Of a stretch of DNA of 64,000 nt, positions 12,910 through 24,965 are shown in pieces; within the stretch, counting starts at the first letter, position 1, and each line of letters opens with the position of its first letter. The notes under the pieces are model-generated. The model had not been told where the DNA came from. It was given only the letters and a program-made list of their open reading frames with translations, and did no database searches. A program made the translations under genes and the position numbers. Location: NCBI GenBank assembly GCA_001662655.1, contig KV460206.1; one strand, written 5' to 3'. This DNA comes from Pseudogymnoascus verrucosus (lineage: Eukaryota).

Positions 12910-13499
12910 GATGTCGGTATGGCAATTGAGCAATCGTGGCCCGTTTGTTTATATGCCGTAAACCTGCTACCTGATCCTCGTTGATATGGGCGGTTCCTGA
13001 TCTTGGTTACCTCCTAAAATGATGACAGCAGACCTAGGGGCACCTTTAGACTCTGGATGCGCTAAAAGTGGCTTAGCGCGGCTACAGACCGCGAGAAATC
13101 CCACGAAGACGACCTGTCCACTCTCGCCTCACCTTATCATCTACTGAGTAGATAGTCCATCATCCAACTCTCCACCACTTCAACGACCTCGTCCTCATTA
13201 ACTCACTGCGTTGTAAGTAGGAATCTTATCAACCTCACCGAGTCTCCAACAGTCAAGTCCGCCAATGTCCCCTTAGTGGCGAAACCATCAACATCGCATA
13301 CGGTGCCTGGTTTACGTACTCGGCCACGGCTTGGCCCCATTTCCCATCGTGGACGGGGCCATAGGGGATATTGGGCGTCATGATGTTGCACATTCCAACC
13401 ATGGCCTACTCTATCACTGTTACTCTATTGTTGCCGCAAGAACTCTCGCTGATTCGAATAACGGTGAACAGACATTTACGCACGAGCGCCTCGCCATAA

Positions 13500-14275
<776 letters not shown>

Positions 14276-14819
14276 GATTTGTAACACATATCATCTCTCC
14301 TCCTCAATCGTTCATCACAGCTCAGCCAATCATCCATCTACGACAAACGCTTTTACACATCCCTATTCTGGTCTTTTGTCACTTCAGCGGTTTTGAATCC
14401 TATGAGAGGCGCAAGGGTGGATTTTGTTCGATGGCGAAGTTCTGTGGCTCTTTGCTTTTCTGCATGGCTCTGGCTTCGCCTTCGTGGAGCCCCTTTCTCT
14501 TTGCGTGCCTTTTGGGTCTCCTCTCTCAGTCTGCTTGTTGTTGTCTTTATGGTATAAAAGCAGTCGGTAGATGAGGGATGAGACGTGGTTGGTAGTTTAC
14601 TCGATAATGGATTTTACTTTAGAAACAGGATCGTCATGTGTCATTTAATCATATTCTTAAGACTCTGATCAGCAATGTGCTTGTAGTATTGTTTTCCATA
14701 TGTACTCGTATCTATGTTGTACACTCTAACTGCAGAGGGGTAATATTGCGTATTCAAACACCTCCACATGCATCTTTTATATCTTTACACCTCTCCCCCT
14801 CCCCCTCTCTTACACCTCC

Positions 14820-15474
14820 TCACTCCCCCCCCCTCTTCTTCCCACTCTCCCACTCCCTCAGCGCCTCCTCCCACCCCTTCCCCCTCCCCTCCCCACACCT
14901 CTCCTCCACAACCTCCCAAGTCCTCGCCCTCACAATCCTCTCCACCCCACTCTCCATCCTCACCACCCTCGCCAACTCCTCCGTCCTACTCTCCCTCGGA
15001 AAAAACCTCGACGAATAAGGATCAAGCCTATCATTAATGACCCTCGCCTTCCCCCTCTCCTCCTCCAGCTGCCTCGCCACCAGCCCCGGATCATCCGGGT
15101 CCGGAGACACAGCTACGTGTCCGCAGTACTGGAGCACGTCGGAGCGCGCTTGCCATGCTGGGAATAGGATCGAGGACTTGAAGGAGGTGCATGCGTTGGG
15201 GTCGAGCGTGCGGGCGCCGGAGGGCGTGCGGTGCGAGGTGGAGGTTACGTCGAAGCCGCGGGAGGCGGGGGTGGCGAGGGCGTTAAGGTTTTGGGTTATG
15301 GAGTCGTCGATTGAGGAGCGGGAGATGCGGATGAAGTCTAAGAGGTGTTAGAGGAGGGGTTGGGAACTGGGTGGGCTTGGGGAGAGGCGTACCTCGCAGG
15401 GCGGCGGTGGAGAAGCAGAATTGAGGAGTTAATGCTGGGTGGGGGGGTTGGGAAACCATCTCTTCCGTTGCCAT
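14820..15474 (-). CDS. MIX23: Mitochondrial intermembrane-space protein Mix23 (Cid2 family); 2 exons
   Basis: MATEEMVSQPPHPALTPQFCFSTAALR|DFIRISRSSIDDSITQNLN (intron 15392-15338); LFPAWQARSDVLQYC; RLDPYSSR; E.GVERIVRARTW. Confidence 0.8.
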
Positions 15475-15758
15475 GGTGGGCGAGGAGGGAGGCAGCTTTG
15501 ACCAGATGAGGTTCGCCACGGTGGATGGTGTTGGGTTGGTGATTTCGTGGGTTTGTGGATTGGCGGTTAGGTGGTCTGGAAGGTCTGGTTTGGGCGGTGA
15601 TGTTGGTACTGTAGTAATGTACTTTTTACCTTGGCTTTATCTAAGCGCGGTTTGGCTGATAAGAGACCTCGATGACGAAGTGGGCTATTCCTTGGATGGG
15701 GAATCTGTCGAGCTTCAAGGCTGGGGATGCTTCTATGCTTCTGTAAGATGCGTATAAC

Positions 15759-17190
15759 ATGTCGAAGAACACGAATGTGGAGGTCCTCATTGTGAGTTCT
15801 TTCTAAGGATGTTCTTCGTGTGGCAATCGTTTCTCCCTTACGTACAAATCGCTCTCAAACCGTATGACAAGTGAATGTCTCGGACGAGATAGTAACGCTC
15901 TAGGAGGCCTATCCTGTGTATAGTCGGCCATTTGCAATTTTCAGATCATATTTCTTTGATATCTTAAATCGATATGAAAATTTCGTTGCTTTGTTCTAAA
16001 ATGTTCAAACCCCCACCACATCCGCCTACCTAATTTGGTGCGACGAGCGGATCTCGAGAATTTCATAATGTCAACCCCCCCACGGGTCTACCCCCACGGC
16101 GGCGCTTGCATATTTGCTTTTTTCGCGTCTCTTATTTTGACGTCAGGTCTGCTGCTGATACTTAAAGGCTGGAGGAATCGCTGCTTTCACTATCGATCTG
16201 CTAGTGTATCCATTGGATACTTTGAAGACGCGATTCCAGAGCAGAGACTACAAAAGGCTCTACTATGACCCAGCCAAAAATGCGGTTAATAAGGCGGTTC
16301 TCTTCAGGGGGTTGTACCAGGGCGTGGGGAGTGTGATCCTCGTTACTCTACCCTCATGTGAGTCTATTTCTATAATTATTGTTCTGTACTGACTGTTGGC
16401 AGCGGGAATCTTCTTCACAACATATGAAGCCGTCAAGAGCGGCTGTATGGAAATCAACCCAACACGGAGCGGGTCGCAACATCCATTAGTCCCGCTACCG
16501 GTTGTCCACGCTGCAGCCTCATCTATAGCTGAGCTTGCATCATGTTTGGTTCTTACACCAGCTGAAGTCATTAAGCAAAATGCACAGATGGTACGGCGGC
16601 CGGCTGGCAGCCACCATTCCAGCTTCAAGCAATCGCCAACCTACCAAGTCCTCCAGCATTTTAAGAAGCCAACTCAGTTGCTCAGGGGTTACACCTCCCT
16701 CGCGGCCCGGAACCTCCCATTCACCGCAATGCAGTTCCCCATGTACGAGCACTTAAAACGGACTATCAATTCCAGCAGGCAGAAGAAGGGCAAGGCAACA
16801 GGGTCAATCTCGGAATTAGCAGCCGTCACAGCGGTCAGCGCAAGTGCGGCTGGCTCAGTCGCATCGTTTATCACAACGCCACTAGACGTCGTGAAGACCC
16901 GGGTCATGCTATCAGCAATGGATAAGCGCAGCGATAACAGCAGCAGTCCAAAGCCAAGCGGCTCAGTATCTCCTGGAAAGGGAAGCGCTCCTGCACGAGC
17001 AAGCCGTGGCGTGAATATTGACGTGGCACGACAAGTGCTTTCCGAAAGCGGTGTCAAGGGCCTCTTCCGCGGAGCGAGCCTGCGATCCGCCTGGTCTGCG
17101 TTGGCAAGTGGGCTGTATCTAGGGGTCTACGAGAGTATGAGGATGTGGCTCGGGGAGCGGCGGGTAGGGACGGCTGGGACGGGTGCATGA
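15759..17190 (+). CDS. Mitochondrial carrier family protein, SAM carrier (Pet8/Sam5)-like; 3 exons
   Basis: Exon 1 MSKNTNVEVLI (15759-15791); intron 15792-16167; AGGIAAFTIDLLVYPLDTLKTRFQ; intron 16358-16402; three PxD/ExxK motifs (PLDTLK, PAEVIK, PLDVVK); LPFTAMQFPMYE. Confidence 0.8.
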
Positions 17191-18844
17191 GGATGTGATA
17201 GGGAGAGAATTCTTAGAGGAGGAGGGGAGTGTGGGGTGTGGAGTGTGGAGGGGAGATGTGGATGATGAGACGTTGTATCGCGCATCCTGGTTCGAAACGG
17301 TGTAAGCAAAGGATTTGTGAAAAAATGCTAGCATCCCCACATCTCTCTAGCCACGTGGAGAGTATATAGATGTATATACTTGAATGGGGAAGGCTGTAGA
17401 GAACCTAGAGAATACCACACGCCAATTTGAGATTTTCCACGCATGTTGGACCGCGTCTCGTACAGGCAGCCGAATGTGATATGGGTAATATCCCCTACGT
17501 CGATCAAGGGGGGGAGGGTGTGGAAGGAAGTCCAACACTCCGATAACTCTCGTAGCGGTCATTAGACAGGATCAGCAGGAGGGAGCGAGCGTTTGATGTG
17601 AGCGGTGAGAATCAGCCGGGATAATCTAATGACGGTGGTGTGGACTGTGCGTTGCAGACAAGATGCATAATATACCACAGGTTGATAATGGAAATGGCAG
17701 GATGTTTGGATGGGGACGAACGGACTAACCAACACACATTAGCACCCGGATGTACTAGAGGGGTAATTCGTATGCGCTTCGGGGAATTTTGGCAGCACAC
17801 TCACACCTACAAACACCCCAGTGCAGGGCTAGGATGGACTAAATGGCACCTTGGAGGCTATCAATCTCGAATTTATGATGACGATTGCTTGCCCCGTCTT
17901 AAACTATTATTGATGCTTTACATGGGGACATTACATTAGTTCAGAATGTGGTAATATACAAGTAATCAGATATGCGGGACGCCGTTTCGTGAGACATGGG
18001 GACATTGGCGAATTTGTTTTCTGTTTGGGCAGAAAAAAACCCGTGGGTGTGGATGTGTGGTTACGGGTAAACCAATCCGTCGCCTATGGCCGCGTTATCA
18101 TCGCTCGCGCTCGGCGCTCGCTCGCTCGGTCGTTCCCTCGTCTCTAGATACGCCATTGTTGTATATCTGAGAAGGTACAAGTCAAGCCCCGTCTCAACGC
18201 ATACGCATTTCTCTCCCAATTGTTAGCTTCAAACGTGCCAGGCTCTGATGTATGAATGGCTATCGGATAATCCCTTCTTTTAGAGATCTCAGAGTACTAT
18301 ATTCTACAAAGAAAAACGGAGATTATTCTTTTAGCTTCTAACAAAGAAGCTCGGCCAGTAAAATATTGTCGAGTCATGACGAACCAAGCAAAACCAAAAA
18401 TCCACCACCCTAGATTAAACGTTTTTCTATCCGCCTTCAGGACCGGTAGGGTCCCACAGTGTGTGCCTGGCAACCCGAGGCCGTCTTGCACCATCCGGCT
18501 TTAAGATGTCGAGCTATATTGTCTCGGTTGCCACTACTTACTAACAGTAATTGTGGTATTTATTAGACCAGCCCGCCTTGCACATTTTCTTTTTTGCCTT
18601 CTGGTTTATATAGTAAAGTCAAAATCCAGGTAGTTTTTTGAGTCCATTCATTCTCTCTTTTTGCCTCCCCGTTTCGTTCTCTTCACTTATCACATCGACC
18701 CCGCGGTCAATTGGGCAAAGAACATCCTTTCAGTGTCTCCGGCTTCCTCACACCAACTATCGCCCCTCGTTCTAAGACAACAAAGCCGCCTCCTCGTCAC
18801 GTGGATTGGTCCTTCACTATCACATTTGCATCCTCGCCGTAACA

Positions 18845-19575
18845 ATGGCGATCGACATTGGTCCCGTCCTCGTGGAGAAGCCCGTGTTGCCGTCCATTCC
18901 CATCAAGGCCGCAGCACCAGTTGCTCTTCCGGTGGCGCCAGTGCTTGGGCCAAAGCTTGGGGACGAAACCCATCTGGTCATCTCGCCATATACCGACCAC
19001 GCCCATCTGCTGGATCTCAGCACAGTCGGCATCCAAGAACAGCTTTTGGCGTACGCATTGATCAAATTTAAGTCCCTGAGGGAAGACTATGCCACTGCTC
19101 CATATACCGAAACCTTCAACTGGGCCGAAGTTATCGAGGACCTCCGTGAGCGTGCCAAAGCGATTGGGCATTCGTGGACCGAGCAGGCTTTCTATATCGT
19201 TGCCTTCAGGTCCCAAGTTCCGCCAACAACCGACTATTCAAACCTCGGTGCTCTTGACAAGGCGGCCCACGTTGAAGCGGTCCAGAGTGGCGGTTTCTTG
19301 AAGTAAGTGATAACCCCATGAAAAATTCCGGTTTCAATTTCTAACATTTCTCCAGGTACTGGTTTGGATCTCCCGATGTAACTGGGAGAAACCTCGCAAC
19401 TTGCGTTTGGAGAACGAAGGAGGACGCCGTTCTTGGCGGAGTTGGACCGGCTCACCGCCGCGCCGCGGGTGCTGCAAGACACAGCTACACCGAGTGGCAC
19501 ATTGAGCGCCTCTCGCTTGTCATCAAGGACAACATTGACAGCTGGGCTATTGAAGAATGGGTAGCACCTAAATGA
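18845..19575 (+). CDS. Conserved fungal protein (UPF0643-like); 2 exons
   Basis: LVISPY..HLLDL, DYATAPYTETFNW, FYIVAFRS, LDKAAHVEAVQSGGFLK|YWFGSPD..RNLATCVW (intron 19303-19355), stop TGA at 19573-19575. Confidence 0.75.
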
Positions 19576-20169
19576 AGGCTGCAAGCTACACCAACGATTT
19601 GACGCTGGGAAGGAAAAGTTAATGACGGGGAAGAAAATTATGATGAGACGACAAAACACGAGATAGAATTGTACCCGTTGCGATACCTATTTGGTTTCTT
19701 CTTTGCTTTCAACTTGGGTCGGTTTGGGAGGTTTTGTGCTTTTTGCTTTCAAGCGAGCTCATCATATCATAGCGGGCGTTACAATAGACTTTCATCGTAC
19801 AAGGCTCTGCCAATAGGCGCCGTTACTGGCCTGAACTGATAATATTTTGAAAATATATTGAACTGAAAACGTGCATACCTAATCAATCACCTCGGAAGAT
19901 ATTTCAGGGTCGTGAGAACCTGACTTGCCTACAGTTGGGAGACGTGAGAGAGCGGAAATCTGTGGCGATGGCGCTAAATATACTAGCGTGATTTTGACGC
20001 CAAGACTTTGCGTTTGCGATCCCACAAACGAGAAACGACGTCCAAAAAGTGTCCCGCCCCGACGAGTATTCAATCTGCGACGACCACCTCACCTTGACAA
20101 CCCTCTTGCCGATCGCCATCGCAAGCTTCATCAACTCGTCGTACACCAGGGAAACCTTACATATTCAAT

Positions 20170-21449
20170 ATGGCGGACGCTATTACGAAGGAGATTCCGC
20201 TCAACGCGGTGCAGGTGGAGGCTTTGGTATGGCGATAGGGCTTTGGTGGCCAGTTCACGACTGACAGGAAACAGGTTGTCATGAAGATCGTCAAGCACTG
20301 CACAGCTGCGTTCCCCACGACCGCAACCGGCTCCATCGTCGGCATGGACAAGAACAGCACCCTCGAGGTCACCAACAGCTTCCCCTTCCCCACCACAGAT
20401 ATCGTCCAGTCCGACTCGTCGCACCAGAGCCAGAACGACCACCTAAATGCGTCGAACGCGGCAGCAGCGGCACCGCGCGCAAAGGCCAACGTGGTTTACC
20501 AGAACGAGATGATCAAGTACCTGCGTGAGGTCAACGTGGACGCCAACAACGTTGGATGGTACACGAGCGCGAATATGGGCAGCTTCATTAACTTGAACCT
20601 GATCGAGAACCAGTACTTCTACCAGAAGGAGGTTAACGAGCGCACTGTCTGCTTGGTACACGATGTGTCGAGGAGCGCACAGGGAGCACTGAGCCTGCGT
20701 GCGTTCAGACTCTCGCCTACGTTTATGGCGGCCTACAAGGAAGGTGTTGCCAAGTTCACAACTGAGAGGTTAGTCGCATGCATATCATAGCTGGAAGTCT
20801 TTTCGAAATACTGACCATTTTATTTTAGCCTCCAGAAGTCCAAGATGACCTACAAGGATATCCTTGTTGAGCTTCCCCTTATCGTCCACAACTCCCACCT
20901 TTTGACGTCTTTCCTACATCAACTACCGGCAGTCCCATCCGCCGAGCTTGAGTTCCCCACCAGCTTGGCAGACATTAAGGGTCTCAACCCAGAGATCCCA
21001 TTATATCCAGCATACGAGACCACTCTTGATATGTCGATTGACCCATTCTTGGAGAAGTCGTGCGACCTGCTTTTGGACGCTGTTGAGAGCCACTACACCG
21101 AGCTGAACAACTTCCAGTAAGTCATAAATTCGCGCCATCGCACTACCTTACTAACTACCTGTTCAGATACTACCAAAGACAACTTGCTCGTGAGCAGACC
21201 AAGGTCACCGCTTGGCAAACAAAGAGGAAGGCCGAGAACGCTGGACGAGTTGCAGCTGGCCAGGCGCCACTCCCGGAAGACGACTGGAAGACCCTTTTCA
21301 AGCTGCCAACCGAGCCATCTCGTCTCGAGTCTATGCTCTTAGCTCGCCAGGTCGAGCAGTACGGACGCACCGTCGACAACTTCACCGCCACCATCAGCGC
21401 AAAGATGTTCCTTTCTAAAGATACCCTGCTTCCTGGAGAGTCATCCTAA
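20170..21449 (+). CDS. Translation initiation factor eIF3 subunit H (MPN domain); 4 exons
   Basis: [67 protein letters not shown]; introns 20227-20274, 20769-20828, 21117-21166. Confidence 0.92.
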
Positions 21450-22471
21450 GCTAACTTAGGGGGGTTTTGTTGTGATGATAGGGGGGCATGGATGGGGAAC
21501 GGGGAACGCGAGATAATGATCTGCTCGTTTGGGGGATTTGCATGGCAATGGCGTTCGACGGCATAGAACGAGCTGTATATAGTATTTGCCCTATTACAGC
21601 CATAAAAGAAAATTCAAAACTATATTAAGCAGCTGCCTTTTCGGGGACCTGGGAAGTGAAGTACGGAATAGCAAGTGGAATATCCAGGAGCTTGCTGCTA
21701 CCTTCCTCGTCCACGCTAGTAACACACATGTTTTGTTGTTTTCGCCAAGGATGACATCCGAATACGCTACGTGGGGAGCAAGGGGTTTCTCAGATCGCTC
21801 TACGGGGAGTTCTCGCGCCCTTCCCAGAAACCCGATGCGGGCTGGGAGCCAATCATATAGTCAAGACAGGCCACACAAGGTTCCAGGACAATATGCCCCG
21901 CAGCAAAACTGTTACAGTGTACTCTTAACGTGGTGAAGCAAATGGAAGTCGCAGCTTCGGTGCAACCCGTCTTCGGAGTTTGTAAGGCAGGGTTGGTTAC
22001 GTTGGGAAAGGAGTACCAGGGCGTTTTTCAGCGCCAGAAAATTTGTAGAGAGATCTCAGACCACAAGTTCCCCGATCGATGTTGTCCTACATATTTTATA
22101 TAGTGTACAACTAGAAATATCAAATAAATATTCTCATTATTCAGTCCAATCTTTGCTGTAAAATAAATTAATTGCTTCAATCGTATGTTTTCTGGGCGCT
22201 TCTGCACGTTGCGGTAGAGTTTTTTGTCTGGACGACGGAGACTTACCCCTCCTTCGTCCTCTCACCGCCACGGGCACAATTCGTTCAGGGGCCAACCACC
22301 ACAAAGCCCGCCAAACCCGAAAGGTTGGTGGGGTTATCTTTAGCGAATATACGATCCTTCAACTTGTCCCACTCCCCTCCCCCGCCTTCACCTTCTCAAT
22401 CATCTTACTCTCCCAAACACCTCATTTTCCTCCCATCCAAAATACCCCCCAAAACACTTCACATCGCAATC

Positions 22472-23997
22472 ATGAGCGGAGCACCAGCATCCAAGTTCAA
22501 GGTCGCTGACCTGTCCCTCGCGGCTTTCGGCCGCAAGGAGATCGAGCTTGCTGAGGTATTTACACCCTCACCTGAAACGGATAAAATAATCATCGAACTT
22601 GAAGCTGACCAGAGTGAATAGAATGAAATGCCCGGTCTCATGGCCACCCGTGCCAAGTACGCTGAGGATCAGCCACTTAAGGGTAATTGAATTCACTGCT
22701 TCATAATACATATCCAGTTCTAACTTGTCCTCAAGGTGCCCGCATTGCTGGATGTCTCCACATGACCATCCAGACTGCTGTCCTCATCGAGACCCTCACC
22801 TTCCTCGGTGCTGAGGTTACCTGGTCTTCCTGCAACATCTTCTCCACCCAGGACCACGCCGCTGCTGCCATTGCCGCCGCTGGTGTCCCAGTCTTCGCCT
22901 GGAAGGGTGAGACCGAGGAGGAGTACCAGTGGTGCCTTGAGCAACAATTGGTTGCCTTCAAGGACAATAAGGGCCTCAACCTGATTCTCGATGACGGTGG
23001 AGAGTAAGTTTAACCATTCCTGCTTTTACATTGGAATCCGAGTCTAATCGCAACTAGCTTGACCTCGCTGGTCCACAAGAAGTACCCTGAGATGCTCAAG
23101 GGCTGCTACGGTGTCTCTGAGGAGACCACCACCGGTGTTCACCACCTTTACAAGATGCTCAAGAACGGCGAGCTGTTGGTCCCATCCATCAACGTCAACG
23201 ACTCCGTTACCAAGTCCAAGTTCGACAACCTTTACGGTTGCCGTGAGTCCCTCGTCGATGGTATCAAGCGTGCCACCGATGTCATGATTGCCGGAAAGGT
23301 CGCCGTTGTCGCCGGTTTCGGTGATGTCGGAAAGGGTTGCGCCATGGCTCTCCACTCCATGGGTGCCCGTGTCCTCGTCACTGAGGTTGACCCCATCAAC
23401 GCCCTCCAGGCTGCTGTCTCTGGTTTCCAGGTCACCACCATGGAGAAGGCTGCCCCCCAGGGACAAATCTTCGTCACCACCACCGGCTGCCGTGACATCC
23501 TCGTTGGCGAGCACTTCGAGGCCATGCCCAATGATGCCATCGTCTGCAACATTGGTCACTTCGATATCGAGATTGACGTCGCGTGGTTGAAGGCCAACGC
23601 TGAGTCCGTCCAGAACATCAAGCCCCAAGTCGACCGCTTCCTCATGAAGAACGGCCGCCACGTCATCCTCCTCGCTGAGGGCCGCCTCGTCAACCTTGGC
23701 TGTGCCACCGGCCACTCCTCGTTCGTCATGTCGTGCTCGTTCACCAACCAGGTCCTTGCCCAGATCCTGCTGTTCAAGTCCGAGGATGCCGCTTTCGGCA
23801 AGAAGTACATTGAGTTCGGCAAGACCCAGAAGCTCGATGTCGGTGTCTACGTTCTCCCCAAGATCCTGGACGAGCAGGTCGCCCAGCTCCACTTGGCACA
23901 CGTCAACGCCGAGCTGTCCACCCTCTCCCCTGTCCAGGCTGAGTACCTCGGCCTCGCCGTCGAGGGCCCATACAAGCCAGACATGTACCGTTACTAG
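22472..23997 (+). CDS. SAH1: Adenosylhomocysteinase; 4 exons
   Basis: [68 protein letters not shown], final YRY*; strong codon bias. Confidence 0.98.
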
Positions 23998-24839
23998 AGA
24001 GTTTTCCTTTTGGAGTCTTAATCAGGGGCTGGAGCATTTTTCAACACGAGTTATGATAGCATGAATCTGGGGAACTAGGGAGCATTTGTCCTTCAACGGC
24101 ATCTTCACAACAAAGGGTTTTCCGGAAAAGTTATATTTCAACAAAGGATAAGGGAATGGGATGGGGGGTGTTTCGTTTTGTAGCGTACGGCGTTTGCTTG
24201 GCTGGCTCTTCAACCACGGTCAAGTAGAATGTAGAGATGAACTTGACAGAGTAATTCCATAACTAGAATATTAAATATTTGGTTATCTGATAAATGGCTT
24301 CATGAATAGACTGATATGGTGCATGCCAGCCGGAATAATGAACCCAGAGCAAATTGAACACGCCACAACACGTACGATAATTATAGCTTTCTGTATATGC
24401 CAGTGTTGCTAACCTGATGACTGTTCAGCGCAGATGGCTAGTACAGCCGACCTCGAAGGCAGGATCAGAGACTCTGGGGTTGAGACTGGCTGCAAGATAG
24501 AGTCTATAAAGTCCCTTATTGAAGGTAATTTCAAGGTCTTAAAGGGGTCCAAAGGTCTCACAGGGGATCGATTGCCTCAAATGATACCGAGGAGCGGTTC
24601 CAGGTCGCCAAAGTAACTATTCACAGCAACTTTAAATAAAACCAAAGCTTCAAGGCTATCCAAGGTTATGATTACGATATTATAGACTTCAGTGAGCTAA
24701 TTTTTATAAACCAAGCCTAAAAGAGATGTTTTCGGGTAGTATGAGCAGTTGTGAGGTATGAGAACAGCGGGATGACGAGGCTGCGATGGCGATTTATGAC
24801 CCTTCAGCCTTGTCTTGGCAATTTCGGACGTCATGACGT

Positions 24840-24873
24840 TTCCTGAAAGCTCTAGAAATTTCTACGAAGCTTC
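24840..24873 (+). promoter_or_regulatory. Heat-shock element (alternating nGAAn/nTTCn) upstream of HSP78
   Basis: TTCctGAAagCTCtaGAAatTTCtacGAAgcTTC with 5-bp periodicity, followed by a TATAA element about 80 bp before the ATG. Confidence 0.75.
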
Positions 24874-24965
24874 AATCAACATTGCATATAATTGCAATAG
24901 TTAAGTCTTAAATCTCATTATGCCTCTTATGTTCCAAAATCTATAAACACCTGCATATTGCAGTA

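Noticed and set aside
14768..15070. Pro/Ser-rich ORFs and C-rich tract
   Set aside because: Antisense of the purine-rich 3' end of MIX23
15792..16167. TPP riboswitch or C/D snoRNA in the carrier intron
   Set aside because: No CUGAGA/UGAUC aptamer motifs and no convincing box C with an rRNA guide
23044..23901. 285-aa antisense ORF over SAH1
   Set aside because: Shadow ORF produced by the strong codon bias of a highly expressed gene
24400..24720. Possible degenerate gene or transposon fragment between SAH1 and HSP78
   Set aside because: Only a 60-aa ORF with no recognisable motif, terminal repeats or target-site duplication
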